From: Cyanobacteria bacterium J06626_4
GTDB lineage: Bacteria > Cyanobacteriota > Cyanobacteriia > Phormidesmidales > Phormidesmidaceae
DNA: 64,000 bases
NCBI GenBank assembly: GCA_038523235.1
Contig: JBCBJQ010000009.1
Span: 1 to 64,000 of the forward strand
Direction: 5' to 3'
The position numbers and the translations under genes were made by a program. Under the pieces are notes generated by a model. It saw only the letters and a list, made by a program, of their open reading frames with translations, ran no database searches and was not told the DNA's origin. Shown piece after piece: positions 39,974-50,005 of this stretch (its first letter is position 1; the number at the start of each line of letters is the position of its first letter).

Positions 39974-41734
39974 TTAGAGTTCAGAGGGCTCAGCGGGTAT
40001 CGCCTCTAGCTCATCTAGCTCGGGCGATCTCGGGGCAAACTCTTCGACCGACTCGGGCGTCAGCAGCGCCGGCAGAAAATTGACCGCTTGGCTCCAGGTA
40101 TCCAGCGTAAGCCCCACGGCCTGATCCAGGGTGACAATGCTGTCCAAAAATTGAATGCGGGCCGTGAGTTCACTGTTCTCGGCATCCACTAGGTTTTCTT
40201 CCTGATTAGTGATTTGAAAGACGTTTTGAATGCGGCCCCGACGAAACAGTTCTTGGGTGACTTCGAGCTGCAGACGGGCGTTTTCCGTAGCCCGTTGCGC
40301 GGCTTCTACCCGCGCCAGATTGGCGTTGACGGTATTGAGCTGATTGGTGATTTCATTGCGGATGCTAGTGCGCTCTTGGGCGAGGCGATTTCCCTGCTGC
40401 AGAATCTCGACTTGACTCTGCACAAGCGCGGTTTCTAACTCCGGTTCGTCAAAGGTGCGACGGGCTACCACTCCCAACGTCGTTTCAGAAAAATCTCCGA
40501 GGTTGGCGTTGCCTTCTAGATTTAGCTGCCATTGCAAGCCGTCGGCGGCCAAGCGCTGGTTGAGCTGAGCCACTTCTTGATCGAGCTCAATCTGCCGGTA
40601 GTCGGGGCGAGTTTGATAGGCGATCGCCACCAGCGTTTCGAGGTCATAGCCTTCGATGCGGGCTACTGCCGAGGCGAATAAATCAGTAATGGTCGCGGCA
40701 GCAGCGACAAATACGAGATTTTGCTCGGTGCCAATTTGGTCTAGCAAATCGGTGTTGGCTTGCTCTCGCTGGGTCTGAGCCAGTAGTAAGTCGCGTTCGG
40801 CATCGGCGACTGACCGACGTGAGTCCACCAGGTCAAATTCCGCCCGGCGACCAGCTTCCACTAACGCCGTTAAAATCCGCAAGCGCTCCTGCCGTCGTTC
40901 TAGCGCCTGGGCCTGAATGCGAACGGACTCTTGGGTTTCGATCAGCGTGGTGTATTGGTTCACCGTGGTGCTCACGGTGTCGATCAGGGTTTGCTCTAGG
41001 GCTAAAAAGTTCTGCGACTCGCGTAGCCGGGCAATGTCTACCGGCGCTTCATTAACCGCAGTACCGGCCCCTCGCAAAAGCGGTTGAGTCAAGCGGAGGC
41101 CAATAGGGGTGTCACCCAAGGCATCTAAGGTGAGGCCAATCGCGGTGCCCTGACGGGTCGTGAGGGTGCCTTCGACCCCGGCGCTCTGAGTCAAGGTGGT
41201 GCGATCACCCAATTCCGTTTCGGTGCCGCCAATGCCACCGGGTAAATTGCCGCCGCCGCGCAACCCGGCGTCAAAGCTCTGGCTGACGCCAATGCCCACC
41301 GCTGGCGTGAAGCGCGGGTCGAATGCCGCCTCAGCTGCCTGCAGCTGTTGTTGCTCAACCAGGCGCTGCAGCTGGCGATCGCGCAAATCTCGATTGCCCG
41401 TCACGACTAACGTCAGCAGTTCCGGCAGGGTGAGGGCGATGCGCGATCGGCCGGGAATCAGGGTCGCGTCTTCCTGCAGCGGCTCATCGGTAGGACTGGC
41501 AGCATCTCGGGAGGGAACAGCGGCGGGAGCAGGCGTAGTCTGGGTGGAAGGGTCGCCTTCACCGGGGAGTGGACTGAAGACTGGGGCCGTTTCACTGGCC
41601 GCCTCATTAGCGATCGCGGGACTCGGCAGCAAGAATCCTGGGATAAGAACGCAGGCGCAGGGCAGCGCTAAGCAACCAATCTCCACCCAGAGGCGGTGGC
41701 GAACAGGGGGCAAAACCGGCGACATATGGCTCAT
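39974..41734 (-). CDS. TolC family outer-membrane efflux protein
   Basis: Signal-like N-terminus, LTLPELL...NRDL, LTQPLLRGAG, long helical repeats; last gene of the exporter operon with ATGA overlap (alternative start 41725). Confidence 0.88.
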   Translation of the reverse strand: MSHMSPVLPPVRHRLWVEIGCLALPCACVLIPGFLLPSPAIANEAASETAPVFSPLPGEGDPSTQTTPAPAAVPSRDAASPTDEPLQEDATLIPGRSRIALTLPELLTLVVTGNRDLRDRQLQRLVEQQQLQAAEAAFDPRFTPAVGIGVSQSFDAGLRGGGNLPGGIGGTETELGDRTTLTQSAGVEGTLTTRQGTAIGLTLDALGDTPIGLRLTQPLLRGAGTAVNEAPVDIARLRESQNFLALEQTLIDTVSTTVNQYTTLIETQESVRIQAQALERRQERLRILTALVEAGRRAEFDLVDSRRSVADAERDLLLAQTQREQANTDLLDQIGTEQNLVFVAAAATITDLFASAVARIEGYDLETLVAIAYQTRPDYRQIELDQEVAQLNQRLAADGLQWQLNLEGNANLGDFSETTLGVVARRTFDEPELETALVQSQVEILQQGNRLAQERTSIRNEITNQLNTVNANLARVEAAQRATENARLQLEVTQELFRRGRIQNVFQITNQEENLVDAENSELTARIQFLDSIVTLDQAVGLTLDTWSQAVNFLPALLTPESVEEFAPRSPELDELEAIPAEPSEL

Positions 41735-42936
41735 TCTCCTCGCAGTGCCTGCACGACATCAATTTGAGTAATGCGCAGCGCGGGAAAAAAGCTGGCCCCC
41801 ACGCCGACGACAAACGCCGCCCCCATCGAAATCGCCGCATCTTGCACGCGAAAACTGTAAGGAGCTTCGAACACTTGGGTGGTGGCGACTTTGGTCAGGC
41901 CATGGATAGTGACGATCGCGGCGGTGCCGCCAATCAGACTCAACAGTGCCGCCTCCGCGATGAACTGCATCATCACTTCCCAATCGGTGGCCCCAATGGC
42001 CCGCCGCAAGCCAATTTCGCGGGTACGTTCCATCACGGCGGCGATCGTGATGTTGGCAATGCCGACGCCGCCAATCACCAGCGAGAGTAGCCCCACACCT
42101 TGCAAAATCCGGGTGCTGGTGCGCTGCTGTTGCTCCTGCTGGTACAGATCTTCCGCGTTGCCCCGGACGCGCACCTCAAAACCGGGATACCGCTGACTCA
42201 AAAAGGCTTCAATGCCGGCCTCCACCGCTTCGTAATTTTCCAGTTCTTCAATGGCGATTTGCGGTCGCCCCCAATCCCACCCGCCACTGATGGCGCTGGC
42301 ATAGTTTTCGGTCAGCCAAACTTCCCCAGTGGGGTCGCGATCGGCATTATTTTGTTTGGTCTCCATCACGCCAATCACAGTCATTCGGGTCGTGCCCAAA
42401 AAGATGCCCTGGTTCAGGGGGGAGGTGTCTAGAAAAAGCTGATCGGCGAGGACAGTGTTCACAATCGCGACCGGGTAATACTGATCGAAATCGCTCTGTT
42501 GAAAAAAGCGCCCCGCGACGATAGTGCGACCGGTGGTTTCTTGGAAATTGAGAGACACCCCCTGCACGTCGACTTGATCTGCTACTTGGCCCTGAAACTG
42601 AATTTGGCTCATCCACCCCACTCGAGTTTCGTGGCTGATGCCCGCAATACCATCCACGGCTTGCCGCAGCGCCGCAAAATCCGCTTCCCCAAGGTCAGGT
42701 GGCGGCGTCCTCCAGTCAGAGGGATTAAACATCCAAAAGCCCAGATAGGGGTTGTCACGCTGCGCCAGTTGATTTTGCAGTTGGGCTGTGGTGATGGCGT
42801 CAATGTTCAGCGTGGCATTGACCGCCGCCACGCCCATAAAAATGCCCAGGGCAGTGAGGCCCGATCGCGCCCAGTTGCCGCCCAGATCGCGAATAGTGGT
42901 TAAGAGCAAATCAGTCGGGGATAGTCCCATGGTCAA
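41731..42936 (-). CDS. MacB/FtsX-type ABC transporter permease
   Basis: RSGLTALGIFMGVAAV, GRFF, VGGVGIANI-like segment, ERTREIGLRRAIGA, PALR...ALRGE. Confidence 0.92.
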   Translation of the reverse strand: MTMGLSPTDLLLTTIRDLGGNWARSGLTALGIFMGVAAVNATLNIDAITTAQLQNQLAQRDNPYLGFWMFNPSDWRTPPPDLGEADFAALRQAVDGIAGISHETRVGWMSQIQFQGQVADQVDVQGVSLNFQETTGRTIVAGRFFQQSDFDQYYPVAIVNTVLADQLFLDTSPLNQGIFLGTTRMTVIGVMETKQNNADRDPTGEVWLTENYASAISGGWDWGRPQIAIEELENYEAVEAGIEAFLSQRYPGFEVRVRGNAEDLYQQEQQQRTSTRILQGVGLLSLVIGGVGIANITIAAVMERTREIGLRRAIGATDWEVMMQFIAEAALLSLIGGTAAIVTIHGLTKVATTQVFEAPYSFRVQDAAISMGAAFVVGVGASFFPALRITQIDVVQALRGE

Positions 42937-44330
42937 TTGTCTCCTGGTGTCTGACCTGGATTAGGGGTCTCTGGCCCGCCCGCTGCCGCCTCGGGAGTGG
43001 CCAACAGCTGACCCGGCGATAGTTCGGCGTCGGGGGGCACTGCGATGACGATTTCATCTCCCGCCTGCAGGCCAGAGAGAATTTCTACTGCCTCTAAGGT
43101 TGCTAGCCCAATTGTTACCTCCCGCTGGCGGGCGCGATCGTTGGCATCTTTTACCCAAACGTAGGGGATGTCAGCATCGCGCTGGATGGCGGTGACCGGC
43201 ACGACCAGCGCCTGCGATCGCTGGTTCAACACAATATCGACGCTGACGGCACTGCCCGGAATCAACGCCCCACTCGGGGCATTCAGGCGCACCTCCGCTT
43301 CGACTGTGGCTTGCTCAGCATTGTCTTGAACAGAAGTGGCTTGGGGCGAAACGCGGACAATTTGCCCCGCAAAGATGTCGGACTCAGGGCCGATCACGCT
43401 CACCCGCACCGGCATGCCAATGCCGACCTGCGCCGCATTCAACGTGGCGAGCTGCAGCCGAATGGTTTCTTGCGTGGGGTCACCGATACTGAGCAGCAGC
43501 CCTTCGCGCTCGACCCCATCACCGGGTTTGACCTCGACCTTGAGCACGATCGCGTCCATCGGCGCCACAATCTGGTTGTCTTCTAGCTGCAGGCGAATGC
43601 TTTCTGTCGTGACCTGATCTTGCTGCACCTGCAGGTCAGCTTTGGTTAGATCCACCTCCGCGTCACGGACGGCGGACTGGGCGTCTTCAAAGGCGCGTTT
43701 GTCAGTGCGGAAATCATCTTCAGAAATGAACCCCTGGGCCAGCAGGTCTTCGGAATCTTGCAGGCGGCTGGCGGCGTCAGCCAAGCGCGATTGCCGCTCC
43801 GCCAAAATTTCTTGCTGGCGCTGGTAGGTCAGCTGATTGATCCGATTGGCCACGATTTGGTCGGCTAGCCGTTGCTGCAGGGCGCGATCACGTAATTCCA
43901 ACAGCACCTGACCCTGACTCACCCGTTCTCGTTCTTCGACCAAAACGGCCTGCACGGTGACATCGCTAGGCGCTTTGAAGGTTTGCTGCCCGCCCAGCTC
44001 CACCACGCCTGATTCGGTAATGGTGTCTTCTAGATCGGCTCGTCCGACAGGGGCCAGGGTAACGGCCAGCGGTTCGGGGGGGGACTGTAAAAACCTTTGA
44101 TAGCCTAACCAGCCGCCAATGCCCAAGAGCAAGACGAAGCCCGAGCCTAAGATCCACTTAAGTCCGGCCTGCTGTTGCGCCTGGGGAGTCGTGAGCTGGC
44201 CAAAATCGGCGAAATTGGCCTCGGCCAAGTCGGTCTCCGCACCGTCAAGCCGGGCCGGTGACCGGGGCGCTGCGGCCTGCAGATCTTCGGGGGGAGATTG
44301 CTCCACGGTGTTGTCCTGATCCAGTGCCAT
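42933..44330 (-). CDS. Periplasmic adaptor (MacA/HlyD-type membrane fusion protein)
   Basis: N-terminal TM anchor, lipoyl-like halves (VSQGQVL; IVAPMDAIV), coiled coil, LVVPVTAI, EILSGLQAGD. Confidence 0.92.
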   Translation of the reverse strand: MALDQDNTVEQSPPEDLQAAAPRSPARLDGAETDLAEANFADFGQLTTPQAQQQAGLKWILGSGFVLLLGIGGWLGYQRFLQSPPEPLAVTLAPVGRADLEDTITESGVVELGGQQTFKAPSDVTVQAVLVEERERVSQGQVLLELRDRALQQRLADQIVANRINQLTYQRQQEILAERQSRLADAASRLQDSEDLLAQGFISEDDFRTDKRAFEDAQSAVRDAEVDLTKADLQVQQDQVTTESIRLQLEDNQIVAPMDAIVLKVEVKPGDGVEREGLLLSIGDPTQETIRLQLATLNAAQVGIGMPVRVSVIGPESDIFAGQIVRVSPQATSVQDNAEQATVEAEVRLNAPSGALIPGSAVSVDIVLNQRSQALVVPVTAIQRDADIPYVWVKDANDRARQREVTIGLATLEAVEILSGLQAGDEIVIAVPPDAELSPGQLLATPEAAAGGPETPNPGQTPGDN

Positions 44331-44436
44331 ACCTCAGCCATCCCCAATTTTGCGGAGTCGTGTTGTATCCGTCAACAACATAGCTTAAGGGCTAGCCAAA
44401 CTTGAGCGTCGGGCCGCGACCTGGGGAACAGCGGGA

Positions 44437-45201
44437 TTACTGCTGTAACTCAGCGGGCGAGACGCGATCGCGCAAAATACGCCCATCGCTGACCTGAATA
44501 ATGCGCTTGCTGTAGCAGGCGACCTCGTGGGAGTGGGTCACCATCACAATCGTGATCCTGGCCTGATGCAGTTCGGCAAAAATCTCCATCACGGCTTCGG
44601 CAGAGTGGGTATCGAGCGCGCCCGTGGGCTCGTCTGCCAGCAATATCAAGGGGCGATTGACGATCGCCCGCGCAATGGCAACGCGCTGCTGCTGCCCCCC
44701 CGACAGTTGGGGAGGCCGTTTATCGAGCCGATTGCCCAGCCCCATGCGGCCCAGAGCGTCTGCGGCTAGCTGTCGCCGCTGCGATCGCCCGATGCCGGTA
44801 TACATCATGGGCAAAATGACGTTCTCTAGGGCCGTCAGGCCATTCAGCAGTTCATACCGCTGAAACACAAAGCCAATATTTTGATTGCGAATCCGGGCCA
44901 GGCGATTTTTGCCCAGCTGCGAAACATCTACCCCATTTAGGCGATAACGCCCACTGCTGGGGCGATCCAGGCAGCCGATGATGTTCATCAGCGTGGTTTT
45001 GCCCGAGCCCGACTCGCCCATAATGGCGCAGTATTCTCCCCGCTGAATGGTCAGGTTCATGCGATCGCAGGCCCGCACCATCGCTTCACCAGTACCGTAC
45101 ACGCGTGAGATCTGCTCTAGCGCTACCACCGGCTGGGTGGGGGTGATCGCCCCATTCGTCTCAGAGGTTTGGGCGTGATTGGCGTGGGCCGAAACAGTCA
45201 T
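44437..45201 (-). CDS. ABC transporter ATP-binding protein (LolD/MacB-like)
   Basis: [36 protein letters not shown]; start set to ATG 45201. Confidence 0.95.
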   Translation of the reverse strand: MTVSAHANHAQTSETNGAITPTQPVVALEQISRVYGTGEAMVRACDRMNLTIQRGEYCAIMGESGSGKTTLMNIIGCLDRPSSGRYRLNGVDVSQLGKNRLARIRNQNIGFVFQRYELLNGLTALENVILPMMYTGIGRSQRRQLAADALGRMGLGNRLDKRPPQLSGGQQQRVAIARAIVNRPLILLADEPTGALDTHSAEAVMEIFAELHQARITIVMVTHSHEVACYSKRIIQVSDGRILRDRVSPAELQQ

Positions 45202-45248
45202 GGCAGCATCCCCAGTTCGCTTCAATCTTAGCCTGCACCGTCCTGCCG

Positions 45249-46088
45249 TCATCCGGGCGCGGGCAGGCTGTGCATCACTAACTCACCGCCTGATTCGGTC
45301 GAGGCAGTGACGGGGTCGATGGTGATTAAGACTTGGGCAGCAGGAGCAGTACAGGCCACCGAGGGGAGCGACCACTGAATCGGCTCATTGTCTTGGGGGA
45401 TAAACTCGCCACAATACATCAGCGCCTCAGCGGTCTCGACATCGGCCCAAAAGCGATAGACCTGGTCGGCGGGTAATGGCGGTAGATTGTGGGCGACCAA
45501 AATCGCTTTGCTTTCCCCCGCCAGGGTCACCACGCTGCCCGCCGCCGTCGCTAAATCGCCCGTGCCCTCAAGCGCGTAGACGGCCTTTTGCGGATTGCGG
45601 AGGCTAGTCAGCACGGTTTCGGCCTGATCTTGCTGCTGCTGCAGATCTTGAATGGTGTCATTCGCCAGGGTCAGGTCTTGCTGAGCGCTCTTGAGGGCCT
45701 GAGTCTGGGTGGTAACGGCCTGCCGCAGGCGTAGATTATCGACGCCTAAAAACAGCCAGATGCCCGCTGTGATCGCCCCGCCCAAGGCCCACCAGTAGGG
45801 GCGACTGAACAGCGGCACCACCGTCACATCGGGAACCGGGGTCGGGCTCACATGCGAAGGCTGGACGGCTTGCAGAATTCGCTCCTCTAAATCACTCCCC
45901 GGCACCTGGGGATCAAGAGCTTGAGGCAATTGCGCCAGGGCGGCTTCGTACTCTCGCAGGGTTTGCTGTAAATCAGGGGTCGCTTGTAGAAGCTGGGCCA
46001 ATTCCGCTTGCTCAGCCGGGGTTAAATTGCCCAGCGCGTAGCCAGCGAACAGGTCATGCCATTTCTCAGGAAAATCAGAGCGGGTCAT
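45249..46088 (-). CDS. Anti-sigma factor, RskA-like
   Basis: LFAGYALGNLTPAE anti-sigma domain, one TM helix, coiled coil, C-terminal LPPLPADQVYRFW...ITIDP. Confidence 0.88.
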   Translation of the reverse strand: MTRSDFPEKWHDLFAGYALGNLTPAEQAELAQLLQATPDLQQTLREYEAALAQLPQALDPQVPGSDLEERILQAVQPSHVSPTPVPDVTVVPLFSRPYWWALGGAITAGIWLFLGVDNLRLRQAVTTQTQALKSAQQDLTLANDTIQDLQQQQDQAETVLTSLRNPQKAVYALEGTGDLATAAGSVVTLAGESKAILVAHNLPPLPADQVYRFWADVETAEALMYCGEFIPQDNEPIQWSLPSVACTAPAAQVLITIDPVTASTESGGELVMHSLPAPG

Positions 46089-46097
46089 TGTGTCTTA

Positions 46098-46685
46098 CTA
46101 GATGAGGTCTTGCAATAGTCGTCTGAGTTTTTTTAAGGCTTGGCGAGAGCGCGTCTTTACGGTACCCAGAGGGATCTCTAGGCGTTGGGCAATCTGCGAC
46201 TGGCTGAGGCCTTCATAATAGGCAATTTCTAAAATTTCTTGTTCGGCAGGTGCTAGATCTGCCAGCGCTGCTCTCACTCGATGGGCCTGTTCGCCCAGAC
46301 TGGCTTGCTCTAGCGGCGGGTTCGCCTTGGAGCGGTCAGGGTGAGTATGATGCCAGCGCTGCACCAGACGATAACGAGCGCCCTGAGAGCGCAGGCGATC
46401 AATGGCGCGCGATCGCGTGATCAAACACAGGTAAGTGCTGAGTGTGCCCCGATCAGGATTGTAATTAGGACTCTGCCAGAGCTTCAGAAAAATCTCTTGA
46501 GTGAGATCTTCAGCCTCTTCTGGCGTCTTCAGCACTTTGCAGGCGAGCGAATAAACCAAGCGCTCATACCGCCGATAGATTTCGCGCAGCGCCTCAATTT
46601 GTCCCTGTTGCATGGCGGTTAGCAGATCGCGGTCAGTCGCGGTCTGCAGCCAGTCAGGGGCAAGCGTCTCAGACTTAGAGTGCAT
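46098..46685 (-). CDS. ECF sigma-70 factor, SigK-like
   Basis: EAEDLTQEIFLKLW, RSRAIDRLR, YYEGLSQSQIAQRLEIPLGTVKTR; adjacent to the RskA-like gene. Confidence 0.93.
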   Translation of the reverse strand: MHSKSETLAPDWLQTATDRDLLTAMQQGQIEALREIYRRYERLVYSLACKVLKTPEEAEDLTQEIFLKLWQSPNYNPDRGTLSTYLCLITRSRAIDRLRSQGARYRLVQRWHHTHPDRSKANPPLEQASLGEQAHRVRAALADLAPAEQEILEIAYYEGLSQSQIAQRLEIPLGTVKTRSRQALKKLRRLLQDLI

Positions 46686-46746
46686 AAGGACTCAAGGCAA
46701 CTAGCGAATTGATTAGGAGGCAAACCCTAAATTTACCTACTTACAG

Positions 46747-46773
46747 TACGCGCCCGAATCGCGATCGGATTGC
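46747..46773 (-). promoter_or_regulatory. Putative ECF promoter GCAATCC-N16-CGTA in front of the sigma gene (autoregulation)
   Basis: Minus strand reads GCAATCC gatcgcgattcgggcg CGTA. Confidence 0.6.
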
Positions 46774-46818
46774 CTTGACTGAGATTTTTGTTGTAAAGCC
46801 AATTATTTTGGCCTCCAA

Positions 46819-46845
46819 CCAATCCAATTTTGGACGGTCTCCGTA
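46819..46845 (+). promoter_or_regulatory. Putative ECF promoter CCAATCC-N16-CGTA in front of the PEP-CTERM gene
   Basis: CCAATCC aattttggacggtctc CGTA; same hexamer, spacing and -10 element as the divergent copy. Confidence 0.65.
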
Positions 46846-46918
46846 TTCTCTTCTAGAAGTGACCGTCGGCCACTTCACGGGTGCTTTGCCCTAGTAATGA
46901 TGCTTTTAGGAGAAATCT

Positions 46919-47599
46919 ATGAATCGATATCTAGTTCCGGGTGTGTTGGGCGCTGCTACCGTCGCGATCGTCGCGACGATGCCTCTGGCGACTCCCGTTG
47001 AGGCGGCAGAGTTTGCAGTGGACTCTGGCGTGACGCGGGTGTTTCTCGACTTCGACGTCTTGAATCCCCTCGGCATTAGCCTGGTGACTGCCAGTGAAGA
47101 TGCCCTCGCCAATGGCATGGGCGAGTTTCAGGTGGGCTTTGACATTACGGACGACACTGACTTTATGTTTGATGACGGCCTCACCGCTCCGATGGGCACG
47201 ATTCGCCATACGGGCTCAGTCACCCTGGATATTGGCGGGACTGAAGTCACCGTCGGTGATTTTGATATTGGCCTGCGCGACGGTGGCGGCATCTTTGTGC
47301 GGGATACCTTGACCACCGGAGCCATCTTGTTTGACTTTGAGCCCACCAGCTCGGCGGCAGACGAGAGTAGCCTGGCATTGAATGGTGACCTGTTGGTCTC
47401 GCCAGAGTTTAGCGGTCTCTTGAGCGAGCTGTTGGCTGATCCCACGCTGGCCCCAGCGTTAACGGGTGCTGCTGTGGGTCGGGCGCAAGTGGATGCCGAT
47501 TTAGGGGGTGGGGCGGCTTCGGTGCCTGAGCCCCTCGGCCTCGTGGGCATGATGCTGGCGGGCACCGGGGCGATCGCGTCCCGTCGCTGGCTCCGCTAA
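46919..47599 (+). CDS. PEP-CTERM surface protein
   Basis: AGGAGA RBS, signal peptide (VEA), acidic beta-rich body, C-terminal VPEP + TM + RR. Confidence 0.88.
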   Translation: MNRYLVPGVLGAATVAIVATMPLATPVEAAEFAVDSGVTRVFLDFDVLNPLGISLVTASEDALANGMGEFQVGFDITDDTDFMFDDGLTAPMGTIRHTGSVTLDIGGTEVTVGDFDIGLRDGGGIFVRDTLTTGAILFDFEPTSSAADESSLALNGDLLVSPEFSGLLSELLADPTLAPALTGAAVGRAQVDADLGGGAASVPEPLGLVGMMLAGTGAIASRRWLR

Positions 47600-47824
47600 G
47601 CCCCCCCTCCGGATGCCCCAAAGCGGTGCGGGTAGAGATACGACTGGTCACATTTCTACTCGCACCGCTTTGGCCACAGCATCCGCTATGGCGAGCCGCA
47701 GTTAGATTTGGACTCTTTATTAATCGCCGGATCGCTTGCGGCAAGGTTCCTCCTTGCACCCTGCACCTTTCTACCCTCTGCTATAGGTCGAGGATGGGGA
47801 ATAGGAGAGCGCTGGCAGTTCGGT

Positions 47825-49363
47825 CTATCTTGGCCGCCTTTCATCGAATCGATGAAAGGCAATCGCATCCATCGGGGCGATCGTCGCGGCAAACTGGCCG
47901 TTCTCATCCACCGTAATCACGCGATCACAGCGGCTGTCCGAGGCGGCAGCACTGATGGCCTCGCAGTATTGGCCCGCCGGTAGCTGGGTTTGAAAAGTGC
48001 GCGTTAGGGCGGTATCTTCTCGGTTGATCACCACAAAGCCGCGATCGCCGCGCCCAAAGGCAATTTGGTTAGCCCCGTTACTCCACCAGTCAGTAATGGT
48101 AGGGACCGCTTCGGTCACGGCGCGAAACGTTACCATGGCCGCCACGGCCGGTTGACGATGCTCACACACCCAGGCATCGCCACAGCCCAGCTCATCCGGC
48201 TGAAACACGGTCAGTGTGCGACCAGCAGCGGTCGCCGGGGGGCCTTGCTCAGAGGTCTCAAAGGCATAGCTCGACATAATGCGGGGCTGGCCGTAGGGGT
48301 AAGCCAGCATAAACACCATCGCTAACGTGTGCAGCTGACCGTCATGGTAAGTCAGGTAGTTGCCGCCGCCGCCGTGTCCCCGCTGTTTATCATGATTATC
48401 AATAAACACCACGGCCTGTTGACTCGGCACCAGCGGCACGGTGATTTCTAGGGTGTTCAGATCCGCCAGCGTGCGATCGCCCACATTCAAAAATGACTCC
48501 CCCACCAGTCGGCCATATTCAAACTCAATCACATCGCCCAGACCGTAGTAGTCAACCTTGCTAATGGCTTCGGTGCCCGGATCAATCACCTCAAGATAGA
48601 TAAACGGATCCACCTCGACGCGATCGCGCAGCTGCGCCAAAATGGCCGCCAGGTCATCACTCCGCATATGCTTAGCCGCATCAACGCGAAATCCGGTAAT
48701 GCCTAAGCTCGCCAGATCCGCCAGGTAATTGGCCAGCTGCGCTTGCACCCGGGGAGACGCGGTATTCAAATCAGGCAAGCTGACCAACTCACATTGCGTC
48801 ACCTGATCCGCATCTTGATAATTAGTAATCGCTTGCCGACAGGCATTGAAATCTTCCGGCTGGTAGAGCCCCGGATAGCGGTAGCGGTCAAACTTGGTGC
48901 CCGCCGAACCCGGTACGTCATCGATCGCCGCCATGTGGTTGATCACCGCATCGGCATAGATTTCGACCCCCACGGCGCGACAGCGCTGCACCATGTCAAT
49001 CAGCTGAGCGCGATCGCCACTGCGACTGACCAACTGATAGCTCACGGGCTGATAGCGTTGCCACCAGGGGAAACCATAGTCAGGGGTCACAATGTGCTCT
49101 TGCGGCGGCGAAATTTGCACAGCGCGATAGCCCTGTGGCGCCAAAAAGGTTTCGCACTCTTGAGCGATATCCGGCCAAGTCCATTCAAATAAATGAACGA
49201 TCACCTCAGTTTCTGGCGCCGCCGCGTGGGTGATCACTGCTGCGCGATCAGCCTCGGCCTGCAGAGGTCGAACCATGAGCCAACACACTCCAGCCATGGC
49301 TACACCCGCTGCGATGCCCCAATAGCCAGCGCCTTTGTCCCCAATGTTTGATCGCCAATGCAT
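47825..49363 (-). CDS. Secreted alpha-amylase (GH13)
   Basis: VHLFEW, WWQRYQPVSY, DAVINH, GFRVDAAKH, EVID, FIDNHD, WVCEHR; start uncertain. Confidence 0.92.
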   Translation of the reverse strand: MHWRSNIGDKGAGYWGIAAGVAMAGVCWLMVRPLQAEADRAAVITHAAAPETEVIVHLFEWTWPDIAQECETFLAPQGYRAVQISPPQEHIVTPDYGFPWWQRYQPVSYQLVSRSGDRAQLIDMVQRCRAVGVEIYADAVINHMAAIDDVPGSAGTKFDRYRYPGLYQPEDFNACRQAITNYQDADQVTQCELVSLPDLNTASPRVQAQLANYLADLASLGITGFRVDAAKHMRSDDLAAILAQLRDRVEVDPFIYLEVIDPGTEAISKVDYYGLGDVIEFEYGRLVGESFLNVGDRTLADLNTLEITVPLVPSQQAVVFIDNHDKQRGHGGGGNYLTYHDGQLHTLAMVFMLAYPYGQPRIMSSYAFETSEQGPPATAAGRTLTVFQPDELGCGDAWVCEHRQPAVAAMVTFRAVTEAVPTITDWWSNGANQIAFGRGDRGFVVINREDTALTRTFQTQLPAGQYCEAISAAASDSRCDRVITVDENGQFAATIAPMDAIAFHRFDERRPR

Positions 49364-49483
49364 AGGACTGTCTCCAACCACCCCAACCCTGTTATGAAAG
49401 TGCCCGAAAGGCACTCATTTTTTGACTGCTTAATGTCGATATCGCTGTCGCGATCGCTCCCCGTTGGTCTTCAGGCCCACCCG

Positions 49484-50005
49484 TCAAAGGTGCTGACATC
49501 GTTCTAGGCGCAGCATCAGGGCATCAAATAAACCCGGATCGCCAAAACCAGCTCCGCGCCCGGTGCCCCAGCCACCCACCAGCAACGACTGTGGCCAAGG
49601 CATTTCCCAAAACCACAAAGCCGGTAAGTGGCCACGGGGAGCATCAAGCGAAAACGTCAGGCGATCATAAAACTTGAAAAACCGAAACGGTCGCGATAGC
49701 GGCAACGTCCAGCCCGCCTGGGCGCTAAAGGCAAACGCGGAGCGGCCCACCTCTTCGCGATAAATCTTGAGCTGTGTGCTGAAGCCAAACCGCTGACTAC
49801 TGTACAACAACCAGCGCTGATCAAGCTGATGCAGCAGCTCACAGGGAAACTGCGCGATCGCAGGCCGCTCTAACCAGCCGGCTTCCTGTCGCTGCACACC
49901 GTTGAGCATGATTTCTAGCGTCACGGCATCAGCCGTCAGCCAATCTTCCTGCCGCAGCAACGCATCCAGCTCAGTTAAGCCCGTCGCCAGTTCAGCGCTC
50001 AGCAT
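49484..50005 (-). CDS. GUN4-domain protein (stand-alone domain)
   Basis: WLTADAVT, FPCELLHQLDQRWLLYSSQRFGFSTQ, APRGHLP. Confidence 0.88.
   Translation of the reverse strand: MLSAELATGLTELDALLRQEDWLTADAVTLEIMLNGVQRQEAGWLERPAIAQFPCELLHQLDQRWLLYSSQRFGFSTQLKIYREEVGRSAFAFSAQAGWTLPLSRPFRFFKFYDRLTFSLDAPRGHLPALWFWEMPWPQSLLVGGWGTGRGAGFGDPGLFDALMLRLERCQHL

Noticed and set aside
49484..50005. Calling either GUN4-domain gene the Mg-chelatase activator gun4/ycf53
   Set aside because: The architectures fit the expanded accessory GUN4-domain paralogues; orthology cannot be shown from sequence alone
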